In this document: one piece after another, positions 24,268-37,120 of the stretch
Layout of the letters: each line of letters starts with the position of its first letter
How positions within the stretch are numbered: the first letter of the stretch is position 1
Assembly: GCA_035084275.1 (NCBI GenBank)
Contig: CM068742.1
Location: 138,570,001 to 138,634,000 of the forward strand
Origin: Hydrolagus colliei
Lineage: Eukaryota
DNA length: 64,000 nt
Direction of reading: 5' to 3'
Translations under genes and position numbers: made by a program
The notes under the pieces: generated by a model
What the model was told of the DNA's origin: nothing
Database searches by the model: none
Seen by the model: only the letters and a program-made list of their open reading frames with translations

Positions 24268-24566
24268 ATAATAATCCTTGCATTTGATATAGCGCTTTTC
24301 ACATCTCAAAGCGACGTCTCAAAGCGCTTTGAAGTGAATTGACTATATACTTGTGGGCAAAACATGGCAGCCAATTGTGCACAGCAGTATCCCACAAACA
24401 GTTGTGGATTGAAATGACAAATTTTAGTATTTTTGGGGGGGAGGGATTATTATTAGGCGTGTGGAGTAAGGAAACTTGCCCAAGGTTTCGCCCTGACCTG
24501 CCTGGATTCGAACACAGGTCTCACGCTTGTAAGGCGAGTGCTCTAACCACTGAGCTACAGGACTCC
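24268..24566 (-). mobile_element. Full-length young tRNA/Deu SINE inserted in an L2 tail
   Basis: ataataatccttgcatttgatatagcgc ... ctggattcgaac ... aaccactgagctacaggactcc. Confidence 0.95.
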
Positions 24567-24574
24567 ATAAGCCT

Positions 24575-24978
24575 CTGTAGTGCCTTTTACGTCAGCAGGA
24601 CATCCCAAGGCGCTGGACAGTGAGTGTATCAGATACGAGCTTGGTGTCGGAATCAGAGAGGGTGGAGGGTTAGGGTTAGAGTGAGGGCAAGGGTGGAAGG
24701 AGAGTGATGAAAGGCATGGTCAAAGAAGGTCTTGAGATGAGTCTTAAAAGAGCCAAGGGATGGGGTGAGGACGGAGCGACTGCTTGATGGAGTAGCAGAA
24801 GGTGGGGGCAGAGTGGCTGAAAGCTTGTGGGCCAATAGTGGGGCGAGTGAGATGGGGGGGGCCGTGAAGCAGGTCAGAGCCTCCTGAGAGGTAGGAGGGC
24901 AGGTGAGTAGAGGGTTAGGACGCTGTAGACATAGGGGGAGCAAGGCCAAGAAGGGCTTTGAAGCTTAGGACCAGGATA
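24575..24978 (-). mobile_element. L2 LINE 3' fragment (extreme tail displaced to ~24245-24266)
   Basis: Minus-strand SFKTHLKTFFDHAF motif; gccttttacgtcagcaggacatcccaaggcgctggacag tail. Confidence 0.85.
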
Positions 24979-25068
24979 AACCTAGATCCGGAGATCAAAA
25001 TCCCAATGTGGGGTTTGAACCCACAGCATTCTCAAAGGGAACACTGCCTCAGCTACCAAGTGAGCCAT

Positions 25069-25108
25069 AGATATATATATATATATATATATACTGTAGA
25101 TATATATA
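25069..25108. repeat. (AT)n microsatellite
   Basis: agatatatatatatatatatatatactgtagatatatata. Confidence 0.9.
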
Positions 25109-26518
25109 GGGGAGGTCTCATTGTGTCATGTAAATCAAGATGCTTTTCCTCAAGACAGCTTTCCCCATCCAAAGAGACTTTTTACATAACTACAATCCTC
25201 CCACTCACCCTCCACCAACAGAACAAATCCTAATTTTGGGGTATAAAGATGAGATTTTCCATTAAATCGAATGCAAGTTGGTGATCATATTTTCATAAGG
25301 ATCATTCTGAAAAGTTTTTCACTATAAATAACCTTTTTTTAGTAGAAATCAATCAGTAACAAAAATTCTGCTGAACTTTAGTTTCAATAAGCAAATGCAC
25401 CTATTTGTTTCATCTCTTGGAATGGTCGAATGTTACACAGTATTGATTTTCATTGGGTCTCGCTATTTTTTTCTTTATATTTCTCAAAATTCCAAACTAA
25501 ATCCCAATTTTCACCAAATTCACCCATTTTGTTTCCTCTTGTTTGCCCGCAGTTTTCTTGACATGAAAAACAGACCTTGAAAACAACACCTCATTAAAGT
25601 TCTCAGGTTTTTATTTTGTGTCCAATTAAAAAATGACTTTAATGGGTATTATATGTTCGATGTTGAGAAATGTTAAATTCACAGAGGTCGTCCTGCCAGG
25701 TCAACACCGACAAAAGTCATTTTCTGAAGAAAAACATATCCCTACGTTACAGGTTTTCCAGTTGCTATGGGAGTTTTAAATATTCTGAAAAGACTCTTTT
25801 TATGGTCTTGACTCTGTTTACTCTGCTGAACGGCACCCAGGGAGGGAATGAGAAATGTTTCGACGTGTCATGGGGTTGCAAGGCTGCGTGTACTTAAAAG
25901 AGCAGCACGAATGGATCCATTTCCCTTTGCCCTCCACACAAAGCAAAAGGGTTGACTCTGCTTGGAGGAGGAAATAAAGCGAAACAAGGGACTGAATGTT
26001 TCTGTCAATCAGGCCCATGGGCAGCTTCCGCTGCTCTGACAGGGTGCGTGTAAAGGATGTTCCCGAGAAACATAATCCAAAAGAGGAAGATTAAGACAAA
26101 CTGAATGCTTACGCTTGCTTTTTTTCATTACTTAACTTGTGCGTAGGTTCAAGGATTATTTTTGTTTAATACTTAATGGCAAGATATTTCCTGTTTGTCC
26201 TGCAAGTATATTAAAAAATAAGAGGCAATAGGGTTTAGCTTGCACTTGAAACCCAATTTGCAAACTGGATTTGTTGGAGTAATCGCAATCTGGAGTTTAT
26301 AAGATTTGGCATGCAAAAACATTTTTTAATTTCAAATCATGAAATCCAAAAAAGTAGGTCAGAAAGTAAAATGGAAAATAGATGGCCATGGATGGAAAAG
26401 GCAAGCCTAGATTTCGCAGGGAATTTCTGTAAAATGTTATCAGGCATGTAGAGTAAGGATTGTTGGCCAGGATGCCTGGAGAAGGTTCCTTCTGCTTCAA
26501 ATAATGCCATCTGATCTT

Positions 26519-26715
26519 TAATAATAATAACAATAATAATAATAATCCCTGCATTTGATAAAGCACTTTTCACATCTTCTAGACGTCTCAAAGCGCTTCA
26601 CAGAATATACTCTAAAGTGAATTGACTTCATATTTATGGGTGAAACGTGGCAGCCAATTGCGCACAGCAATGTCCCATGAACAGTCGTGGATTGTAATAA
26701 CCAATTTATTATTAT
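26519..26715 (-). mobile_element. Young SINE 3' half
   Basis: (aat)n cc tgcatttgat ... gcagccaattgcgcacagc ... cagtcgtggattg. Confidence 0.9.
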
Positions 26716-27524
26716 TTTAATGATGATAATTTAATAATCATTAAATTAAAGAAATTCCCAAATTCTGCACAACCACCTTAATTTTTAAAGCAACAGGCTG
26801 AAGGCTAAGGCCATGAGTAAGTCTGGGGTCTTTGCATTTTTCTACCCAGAGGCTTTCCTGCACCCCAACTATTTTCCACCATTCGTGAATGTGCTTGTCT
26901 TCAGTTTTTCAATGTACATTGCACCAATCTCTCTGTTCTTATTTTACACAGACTTTAACATTTACACGATCTCGGTTTAACTTTTTTTAAAGGATGGCAG
27001 CTCCAACAATGCAGCACTTAACCAGCACTACAATGAAGCGTGAGGCTAGATTTTGAGCTCAAAATGTTTGTGTAGGACCTGAACCAACACCCTTCTTCTT
27101 ACAGGCTATCAATTGAGCTAGGACAGAACCTGTATAAAGCAGTTATCGTTGAGTTAATCTGATATACAACATTGGAATTCAATCTCTAAAACATCAAGGT
27201 AGCTGATGCATTACAAGTTCTCCTCACCATGCTGAAGGATGATTTCTGGTGAGTAGTTGGTGAGGAAATTCTGATGCTTAAGATAACAGCTGCTGGATAG
27301 CATTACCTGGAATCATTGTTCACGAATACATGGTCATAAAATTGTCACCAAAGTCAGGGAGAAAATATTTCAAATCGTGATAAGAAGATGGAATCATTTT
27401 TGCAATGAATAATAAAGGAACATTAAAGGACCAAAATTCTGATCACTATCCAGTGTCCCCTGCTTGGAATCAAGTCACTTATCGAGTCACATATTTGGAC
27501 ATAAAATTAGTATATCATAATTGT

Positions 27525-27710
27525 AAAGAATTTCAAGACTGAGGCATATAAATCAAGACCCAAGTGGATAGAGTTTTTTGGGTAAGTGTCTCAGAGGACA
27601 TGGAGAAAAGGTGGGTAATTGGAGTTGAGTTACAGATCAGCCATGATCTAATAGTACGATGGAATAGGCTTGAGGGTCTGAATGGCCTACTTCTATTCCT
27701 ATGTTCCTAC
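27525..27710 (+). mobile_element. CR1 3' fragment
   Basis: ttcaagactgag...gatcagccatgatct...tgaatggcctacttctattcctatgttcct; same family as 21426. Confidence 0.8.
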
Positions 27711-28852
27711 AATTTAAAATGTGCCCCCACTCTTGCAGAGCTCAGAGTCAGTGAGTTTAGACAAGCAGATGGGAGTGTGGATGTACTCCAGTGATAACAG
27801 CAGGGGTTCCCCATGAAACCCATTCATCAGCCGACACTGCATTCTCTAGTGTTATTTATACGCACCAACTGGGAGCTGTTATTTAAGGTTCTCTTTGCTG
27901 AGCCTTACCATTGCTGTGTGTGAACCAAGAACCAAGAGCAAAAACCCAGCAGGAATGGGTTTAAAAATAAAGCATCTCCTGATCGGAATGCATAAACAAG
28001 TAAACACTCCAAACACAAGCTCCTGGTACACACATACAGCTCATACTTGCCTTCCCCTGCTTACTTCAACATATTATGCGCTCTGAGATGCTAAATAAGT
28101 GCAAGTTGTTGTTGCTGCAATTGTCTAGTAAACCTTACGCAAGTCATATCAGTTGGGACCATACATTTAATATGACGTATAGAAAGTACGAGTTATGTCA
28201 AACTTGCATAGAGTATAAAGTCTTGAATGGTACATGGGCAGATGTATGTTTCAGGCAATGATACGATTTATGCAGATCAGATTTATATGAGTTTTACTTT
28301 ATTAGCAGATCTGAATAAAATCAGTGACTCTTGAAATCTAAGAAGGTGTTGCTACACTTGCATGTAATCTTGTCTTTGCACGCATGGATCGCCCTGTCAG
28401 TAAATTCCTGAATCAAGACTATCAGGATGAGTCACATGAATAATAATCTTCCGACAGTTCCGACAACTTCAAATTGTCTGAGGGTGATTCATAGGGAATG
28501 GTTGTTGAGTGTGATGATTGTATTTAGGCAAACATGGCAGCCAATTTGCACACAACAAAGTAATGATAGATAACAAAAATCCTTGTATTTGATTTTGAAC
28601 TTTTCAGGTTGGGAGGATGACTCAAAGTCCTTCACAGAACTTACCACAAAGTGTAGTGATTACAGAAGTTACTACAAAGTGCACCTGTTTTGTAGGTGAA
28701 GGATTGGTTTATCTGTTTATCGGTTACCGGCCAGACATCAGGAGAAACTCTCAAATCTTTTTGAATCACACCTTTACCAGGGAGACAGGAGAATACTGGT
28801 TAAGGGAATAACTGAGGACATGGTTGCATCTAAAAGTTTAGCCATCTTTCTC

Positions 28853-29600
28853 AAGATTACAAGAGTGGTTCAAATCAAGAAGGCCCTTCAGCACATTTAA
28901 TTTTACCTTTCTAGAAAGCATCAAACTTCGCTTTCCCATTACCCCAGTCCTTGCCAGACTTCACTGGCTCTTTGTCCTGGAAAGGATCGATTTCAAGATC
29001 CTCACCCTTGTTTTTAAATCCCTCCACTCCTCTGCACCCCGCTATCTTTCCGATCTCCTCTCTCCTCAAACCAGCAATCGTTGCCTTCACTTCACGGGTT
29101 TGGCCTCTTCCTTGTCCTCCGAATCCTCCGCTTTACCATCGGCGGCCGTGCCTTCAGTCACCACACCCTGAGGCTCTGGAACTCCGCTCCTCACTCCCTT
29201 CGCCTCTCCCCCTCTCTTCCTGGTTTTAGGTCTCAGCTCTAACCTTTCTCTTCGACTGTGTCTTTGGTCACCTTTCTCCCTCTGCCCCTGGCTCGCTCCT
29301 GGGATCCATTATTATGAAGTGCTCTGAGACGCTGTCCGGCTTGGAGGGCGCTATATAAATCAAAGTTGTTGTTGTTGTTGTTGTTGTTGTTATAGAATAT
29401 CCACCCTACTGTCTTCCCATCAAACCACCACGTTGTCTATTAACTGAGTCCAGATTACTGGCCTCAACCAATCTTCCTGGTAACCGGCTACAGTTGATAA
29501 CTACCTTCTGGGTAAAGAAAATATATTGAAACTCTAACCAAGTCCTCTTATTTTATCTTCTTGGTGCATCCTAAAGTGTTGTTACATATTTTTTTAATGC
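28853..29600 (-). mobile_element. Old CR1-type fragment split by an L2 insertion
   Basis: aagaaggcccttcagc on the left and ggcctcaaccaatcttcctggtaacc...ctgggtaaagaaa on the right match the 6185 copy. Confidence 0.5.
28920..29391 (+). mobile_element. L2 LINE 3' fragment
   Basis: PITPVLARLHWL..RIDFKILTLVFKSLH; tail gggcgctatataaatcaaa(gtt)n. Confidence 0.92.
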
Positions 29601-29869
29601 CATTTGAAATTGTTCACACCTCTATAGATCCCCTCTATGCTCCCTTATATCACAATTACCTTGCAGCAAAAACAACACTTGTTGAACTTATATAGCCACC
29701 TCCACTCAGGGAGGCATCTCAGAGTGCTTAGAGCACTCAAAGTGCAACAACAACAACAAATTAGATGTGGATAGTGCCTTTCATGTCAGGAGCAGCCTGA
29801 CCATAGTACTGTACAGCTTAAATATGCCATCTGGGGATCTGAACACAACTGATTTGGCAGTTTAACCCA

Positions 29870-30075
29870 GCATCCTGTCTGCCTTGTTTATTGCTGCCTC
29901 ACACTGTTTTGACATGGTGAGCAAAGAGTCAACTAATACTTCCATACTCTTTCAGCTTCTCCCTTGGGAAGTTTTGTCCAATCCATGTGTTTCCTATTCT
30001 TACTTCCTATATGGAGTTCCTTGCACAGTCATTGATCGACCTACGCATTTGGAGAATTTTCCATTTTACTGAGAT
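29870..30075 (+). mobile_element. Probable decayed RTE-type reverse transcriptase fragment
   Basis: LFIAASHCFDMVSKE resembles the RT motif FIDLTKAFDTVSRE. Confidence 0.35.
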
Positions 30076-30584
30076 TCTCCTCACAAACAACTATTAATGG
30101 TTCAAGAGAAAATAAAAAAAATGCTACAAGTTTGGAACGCAGGATAGGATTTGTTCAAAGAATAATGTAAATTCATACTGGGCTCCACGTCTCTTCTTGA
30201 TTCTATTTTACAACAACAACGCATTTATTTTGCTACCTTCATGTGAGTAGTGCTTAACAGCAGTGTGGTTTAATGCTGAGCAGGAAAGAGAGGGCAGGTG
30301 ACTGAAAGTACGGTCAAAAAGGAACAACAACAATAACTGCACCTATATATGTATAAAAGCCTTAGGTAGGTTTCCACAATTGTAACAATGAACTTCTAAA
30401 AGGAAATCAAAAACCAATACAACTTAAAAAACAACAACAACAAAGAAAAACAACCCAATGATTAAAGCTCACCCTTTTTTTTGTAAGCAACAAATACATT
30501 ATTTTAAAAAAGTTTCAAAATATATGAATAAACGTGTTCAAAAACACTACGCCACTTATGTTACGCAAGGGTATAGCTAGTATA

Positions 30585-30784
30585 CAGTAAAAGCCAGTTT
30601 ATCTGGCATCAGATCAACCGTAACCTCTGTATAACTGGCATCTCAAGAAAAAGTCCGCATTCGATTAACCGGAATTTATCCGGGAAAATGCCCCTTTTTT
30701 TAGCGTTTTCGGCCAAACATCCAGCACGCTCTTTAACCGGCATTGGCCAGGTCCCGAGGATGCCGGATAAACGGGCTTATACTG
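30585..30784. mobile_element. Tc1/pogo (Tigger)-like MITE, 200 bp
   Basis: TIRs cagtaaaagccagtttatctggcatc / cagtataagcccgtttatccggcatc (23/26), TA on both flanks, CpG-rich interior. Confidence 0.88.
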
Positions 30785-31035
30785 TACTGTAATGCCCTCC
30801 ATGCAAGGCAGCAACTCAGATCACTTATAAGCCTTCAGGTGTGATTTAAAGATGGACAAAATGGAATGATTGAGGCAGGGAGTTCCAAGAGATGGGGCAG
30901 TGTAGATTATTAGGGAATAACTCGAACTTCAAAGGATATCAAATTTCACTCCGATGTATCAGTTTGATGGTCTCTCTTGCCATGCAAAAGTGCTGAATGG
31001 CGAGGTTATCAGTTATTCTATTAAAATTATTTTCA

Positions 31036-31450
31036 AGAGCTTCGCTAGCTCAGTCGATAAGTGGACTGCCCAGCGTGTAACTGAGCCATACAAACAATGG
31101 AAATTCCAGGTTTCATTCCACCCCATCAGCTAACTGATCGCCAATCTATGGTGAGTTAGCTGATCTCAGGCAAGCAACAGAAGGGAAACTTCAATTTTTC
31201 TCTGCCATAGGCTAGTGAAGAGAACAATTTACCAGCACTTGCTTTCCTGTTCTCTATCCAGTGCCATCTGCTGCCACAGGCATATGGGCAGCTGGCGAGG
31301 CCAGGAATTGGATGACTGTATTGAAAAGCTAAATAGCTTGCCAACACTGCCTAACCCCGAATGTACCAGTGAGCAGGAAGTGCTCATGATACTGCAATCA
31401 CTAAAAGAGAACACTGTGAGCGAGGAGGGTAGAACATTAGAGGGGGGAAA
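31036..31450 (+). mobile_element. Ancient tRNA-headed SINE family B, near full length
   Basis: gctagctcagtcgataag...actgagccatac...tgagttagctgatctcag...tatccagtg...aatagcttgccaacact. Confidence 0.7.
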
Positions 31451-32449
31451 GCAAAGGTCACTCTCTAAACTACAACAGCAATTTATATTCTTAAAGCGCT
31501 TTTCACATCGGACTTTCACAAAGCACTTATTAAACATTTTATCTCATCTCTTTCTAAGTTATCTCACATTATTAAGAAACTTAAACTCAGGTTGGCATTG
31601 CTGCCCCTTCTGCCTATTCAAAAGGTATTTAGTTGCTAAACTTTTCAAAGAAAGACATCAGCTGTTCGAAGCTGCTGCCATAGATCTTAAAATGCAGGAA
31701 CTGAGCTCCAAAAAGAGACGGAAGGATTGTGATCCTTTAGACGTTAAAGCGTAAATCATTAACAGTGAATGTCATGAAAAATTAAAATAAATAGGTCATA
31801 TCTGTGGAAGAACTTTATTCCTTTTCTTGTTGTTTGCCAAAACTCTTATAAAACAAACCCGAGGGTGCGAAACCTGCAGGAAAGACGATAAGGTAAACAC
31901 AGCTGTAACCTTTTACAATAAGGTACTGCCGAAATGCTGCTTAAGATTGTCATTAAAAAGAATTGACAGTAAAACCTGCATCAAATAAATCTGACTCTGA
32001 TAAGGACAATCATGAATACTTTACCTTAAGCAGAATGTAAAAGGCTTGGAATAACCTTGGTTTTAATTAGTACAATCAGATTACAGTGCTAAGATTTTCC
32101 AGTTAGTTACCTATGATATTTATAGTTTCTGCAGGTCTATAATAGGACTAGAATTACAGGCTTAAATTGGAAGTGTGCAAGCTTAGCTTCCTCAGTGCGA
32201 AGCTATTTCAACTTTCATAGGAGACATCATGCTTGTTCTCAATAACAGGGCACAACTTGTGATGTGCTAATTGGTGTTAGTTAATTAATTATCGTGGCAT
32301 TGAGAAGCTGACCCTTCAATGAGTTACAAAATTACCCACCTATCCATGGGCGGGGTGCAGTAAGGAAATGATTACAACTTTTTCGACAAAAAGTTGTCTG
32401 AAAACGACGCTAAAACTGAAACAAACTGAAGTTTTTCCCACAAAAACTA

Positions 32450-32785
32450 TTTTGTCCACAAAATATACAGTCAATTCATTTTACTGTATGTTCTGTGAAT
32501 CATTTTGAGACATCTCAAAGGTGTGATAAGGCACTGTATTAAATGCAAGGATTATTATTGTTACTACAGTTGACAGTATTTGTTGAAATAACGCTCCATT
32601 GATTGTACATTATAATAAAACTCTTGCAATTGATTTAGTGCTTTTCACATCTTCTAGACGTCTCAGAGCGCATCACAGAATATGCTGTAAAGTGAATTGA
32701 CTATATTTGTGGGTGAAATATGACAGGCAACTGTGCACAGCAATGTCGCACAAAAATAGTCGTGCATTCAAGTAACCAATTTTTC
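32450..32785. mobile_element. Two tail-to-tail young SINE 3' halves
   Basis: Plus tail ending taaatgcaaggattattatt (~32560); minus tail starting ctcttgcaattgatttagtgc (~32620). Confidence 0.85.
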
Positions 32786-33249
32786 TTTTCTTTCTAGTTC
32801 TTGGTTTCTGAATTATCTTCGGAGTAACAGTGGCTTCAATCCTCTTCCGGTAAAGAAAAGGCGAAAACATCAGTCCTATTCAAAAACCCTGATTTATTTA
32901 TGTGTGGTTACTGGGTGAGCAAACTGCTAGACAACGCCCCATATGTTTAGGGTTGGCTACGAAGCCCTTGGGAATTAGAGAACTTGCTGACAATCACTGT
33001 TCTGGCTCAGACACAGGGAAGAGCCTCTCAGAGGCGTTTCTGGCACCTCTGGAACCTTACTGCAGCCGGCATTAGCCAAGCCAAAGAAAAAATGAGAAAG
33101 AAAAATATTTTCTTTCTCAAAAGAAAATCATTGACTATTAGCTATAGAAAACATATAAGAACCTATTCATTCATGTGTATAAGAACATAAGAATTTGTTA
33201 CGTGACAGAATAATAATCCTTAAATAATAGTCTTTGCATTTGATGTTAG

Positions 33250-33536
33250 AATAATAATAATTCTTGCATTTGAGATAGCATCTTATTATTGTACTTCTTT
33301 TGAGATATCTCAAGCACTTCACAAAATATACTGCAAAGTGAATTGACTATATATTTTGTGGGTGAAAATTGCACACAGCAGTGTCCCACGAATAAACATG
33401 GATTGAAGTGACCATGGATTGAGGGATTATTATCAGGCATACGGAATAAGGGAACTTGCCTAAGGTTTCACCCTGCTTGGAATTGAACCCGGGTCTCTTG
33501 CTTGCGATTGCTTTAACCACTGAGCTACAGGATTCC
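33250..33536 (-). mobile_element. Young tRNA/Deu SINE
   Basis: ataataataattcttgcatttg ... aaccactgagctacaggattcc. Confidence 0.9.
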
Positions 33537-36050
33537 ATGATGTCAGTATTCAGATGCGGACTAGTACCACTTGTCCTTTGCAACCTATGATTTCCACATA
33601 AAAAGAAAACTACTCTTTTACACGTACATTGAGCGCCAATAACCATAAAAGGCAGGGACAGGATCTAAATCCTTTTCACATATCTGCACATCCATCCAAC
33701 AATAATAAATACAGCTATTTAAGCAGATAACATCTCTTAGTAGCAAAATTAGCTCTTAAAATTCTGCAATCGAATCAATTTCCAAAATGATAACCGGAAT
33801 AAGATGAGCACCTGACCAGAATCTAAAATTTGTTTCAAACAGAAAACCTATTCTTCCCACCGCCCTCCAAAAAAACCCTATAAATATTTGACATGGTTTA
33901 ATTCTAAAAGTTTGTGAACTCAAAACTTTCTGAACTCTACTACATAATTATCTTTACAGAATTCTAAAATTAAAACATATTAAAAAAAAGTGATCACACG
34001 AATTGCTTCAGTTCCTAAACTGTGAGACCACACTTTCAGACTGCATTGAAACATAGTTCTACAAAGATGTAAACACATTGTGTACTATTTTGGGCTTGCG
34101 GTTGTGAAGAGTAATTGATTGAGGGAATCTGATCTGCAAAACATAAAAACATATTAATATTAAAAGATAATATGAGAAAATAATATGAAGAGATAATAAG
34201 AAAATAATAAGTACATATTTCAAAGCAGTAAAAACTTGTTTTTATTGTAAAATACTTTTGCCTTACAGAAAAATTTAGCAATTTTGTTCGAGTCCCTATT
34301 GTTTTCTGGTATGTGCCAAGGAAAGACTTATATAGTGATCCATTATCTCTGACAACTTTTGCCCTGGATTAAAGAATCACATGACTGCATTCCATTTCAT
34401 TCGGAGAAGTCTATTTTGTGTAGCAATAGAGAATAATTTACCCAATGAAATAGTCACATTAATTGCGGGGGTGGGGAATAAGTCCTCACAGCTCATTCTG
34501 TGGTAACTCAGTAATGATTCGCATCAAATAAATCTCATGTGTACTGTTGTTAAGGCTTTAAACATAATTATACTTACTTTGTTTAGCTCTTGAATTCTAT
34601 TTAAGTAGAAATGTTTAAACATAGAAATGTTCAGCACAGAAAGCTGAATTCAGTAATACAGTACAGTATAAACAGATGAGCAACTTCTTGGGGCTGAGGG
34701 TTGGAGAGATTTTCATCATATTCAGCATTTAATTAAAAAAAGATATTTCATATAGTCACTGGGCATATAGTATAGAACTGTTTTACATATCAGGCCTGCT
34801 CTTTTTGTAGTCAAGGCATTAAGTAGTTAATTAACATTGACTCTGCTTAGAAAAAAACAATGCATCCTGACTTTCAATGCTTTGTTTGTGTTGGTTTCTG
34901 CATGCAGTTTTGCCAACATGTCTTGTTCTCCTCTTTGAAGTTCAGCGGAAAATGCTGTTAACTCCGTTCAGTATCAAGTCCCATCGACACACGCATTAAA
35001 TATCACATAAAAAGATTCCTGCAGTAAATACCAAGAACAACGTAATGCCTCAATAATTTCCATTATTCCACTTTTACGAGTTGTATTACTGGGGCTGTGT
35101 AGTGAGTTGGGCACAAATTAACGGTGAGGAGCAATGAGAGATTTTATTTTGTTTAATTATTGACAGAACAAAATATTGCTGATAAGTTTTGGGAAGTAAA
35201 ATCACTATTCTTCATTGTTGAATAGCTTCCTGGAGTCCTCCCGACGTGAAAGACGCTTTATAAATGTAATTTTGTTGTACTTTGTTATTTTGTTGTTCTT
35301 ATGAATTGAGATATAGTCAAGCTCATGCTGAAAATCATTCGGCAAAAAGGGTTTATCCTGTGCCTTGGCAATTCAAGGGTTAGACTGTCTCTCGACACAG
35401 GGCGGCTGTGGAGTTTCTATCGGGGTGCTTGTTTATCTTGGACGAGCTCCAGACAGTGGGGCCAGATCTGGATTGCTGTTGTTGACAAGAGAACAATACG
35501 TGTCTGACCATGAGAGATTATTCAGTTCACCAACCACCTACGTGATTTACTTGTCTTTATTAGGCAAGGTTAACAGCATAACAAATAATACAGTATTGAC
35601 AATTATTTATCTGTTCTATTTTTGGTTTATATTTTTAATGGACCGTTCTGTAGCTAAGCTTAATTTGTTGTTAAAAAATATATTGCCACTTATTAGGTGT
35701 ATGCAATATCAACCTGGGCATCCTAGTATGTTTGACCCCCGTCATCAAAATTGACCTTGCCTTTAGATGGATCCTAATGATCTGCCAATCTCCTACCAGT
35801 GCCCTTTGTGCTTGCTTTCTGTAGCTTTTATGGCCTATTTACTTGATGCTTGCAAATCGTGGCTGAGCTGTGCTACATTCTGTGCTCAGCCCAGCACAGA
35901 AAGCAATTCCTTCATTCTCGTGCTTTTCCCTCTCCTTTCTTCTCCTTTTCTTCACTCTCTTTCCCTGACACAAAAATGGCAGCCTGAGGTCAGGTCATGT
36001 AAAACGAGCAAAGACACCAGATTTTTTTTCTTTGTCTTGGCAGGACTTGT

Positions 36051-36089
36051 GGAAGGGGAGGTGGGATGAGGGGGGGGGGGGGGGGGAGG
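36051..36089 (+). repeat. Poly-G / G-rich tract (G-quadruplex-capable)
   Basis: ggaaggggaggtgggatga followed by an uninterrupted run of about 19 G. Confidence 0.8.
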
Positions 36090-37004
36090 TTGTTGGAAAA
36101 AAAGGGCAATCTGTATTAGCAAGATAATTGACTCCAAATTGTAGTTTCATATCTTTCTTTGAAAGACAGATAGCAATGTAGCTTTCCAAAATCCAGAATG
36201 TTTTGCTACCAAATCTGCCTGACCTGTATTTTTAGTAAAAGAATACGTAGTAGACTAAAGTCTGTCATATATTACTGCCTTTCAGTTGTTTCCAGCACTC
36301 CTGACATGAAAGGCAATAAAACAAACATCATTTGTTGTTGTTAAAAGACTTTTTAACGTCTCTATCAAAATGTTTTGATAGAATTTGATATTTTGATTGT
36401 CAGTTGATCTTTTCAAATAGCTTTAAATTGGTCGAACCTATGTACAGTAGTTTAGATCTCTGTAATGTGTTTCTCGCCAACGACAGTGCTTCATGATATA
36501 AATAAATGGTGCTTAAAAACACTTTGTGAATTTCGCACCTCAGTGTGAGAGGGAAAGAGGGAGAGCAGCTGAGACAGTGGAGAATTACTGACTCACATAC
36601 ACAACCGGTGGAATGTAAACAAAGCTGAGTGGAGCTTCATGAGCAGTGGCCGTCAAGAAGTAGCCCCCACTCCCCACAACCTGAATATAACACACGAGTC
36701 TGGATAAGTTCAATCTTTCGTGTTTTCAGTTTCTTTCTTGATTATTTCTTGATTTATGGCATAAATGCACACTTTGCCCACAAAAATATACAGTCAATTC
36801 ACTTTACAATGTACTCTGTGAAGCGCTTTGAGATGTGATAAGGCGCTTATCAAATGCAAAGATTACTATTATTATAAGTCAAGAAATATTTTGTGAAGAA
36901 ATTAGTGGGGCAATTTCCAGAGATGTATTTGTATTTCCTGTATGTAGTCGAGTGCTGTGGGAAAACTTGCCAGACAGTGATACAAATGGCAAGCTGTGCA
37001 ATTT

Positions 37005-37120
37005 TAGCTGGTTAGACTCCAGCAGTACCCCAACCCACACTCTGGGGTACCCAAGCCTTGGCCATTGTTAACCGTGTCTAATACTTTCCAGATATAGGTA
37101 AACAGAAAGCATTTCCTTTT
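37005..37120 (+). repeat. Unclassified dispersed repeat, copy 2
   Basis: ggttagac..cacactctggggtacccaagcctt..tctaatactttccagatataggtaaacag aligns by eye to 13050-13140. Confidence 0.6.

Noticed and set aside
31215-31754. 179-aa ORF, the longest without RT similarity
   Set aside because: It runs across an old SINE, a LINE/SINE tail fragment and non-coding DNA, starts at a non-ATG codon and has no domain-like features
32374-32397. 10-bp perfect hairpin acaacttttt-cgac-aaaaagttgt as a terminator
   Set aside because: Eukaryotic context and half homopolymer; more likely a small template-switch scar among SINE debris
34036-34133. Minus-strand acceptor (ttttatgttttgcag) plus a short open frame as a terminal exon
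   Set aside because: The peptide is unremarkable and no upstream exon is visible; expected by chance in AT-rich DNA
36609-36630. tggaatgtaaa resembling miR-1/206
   Set aside because: It diverges after 11 nt and has no hairpin partner
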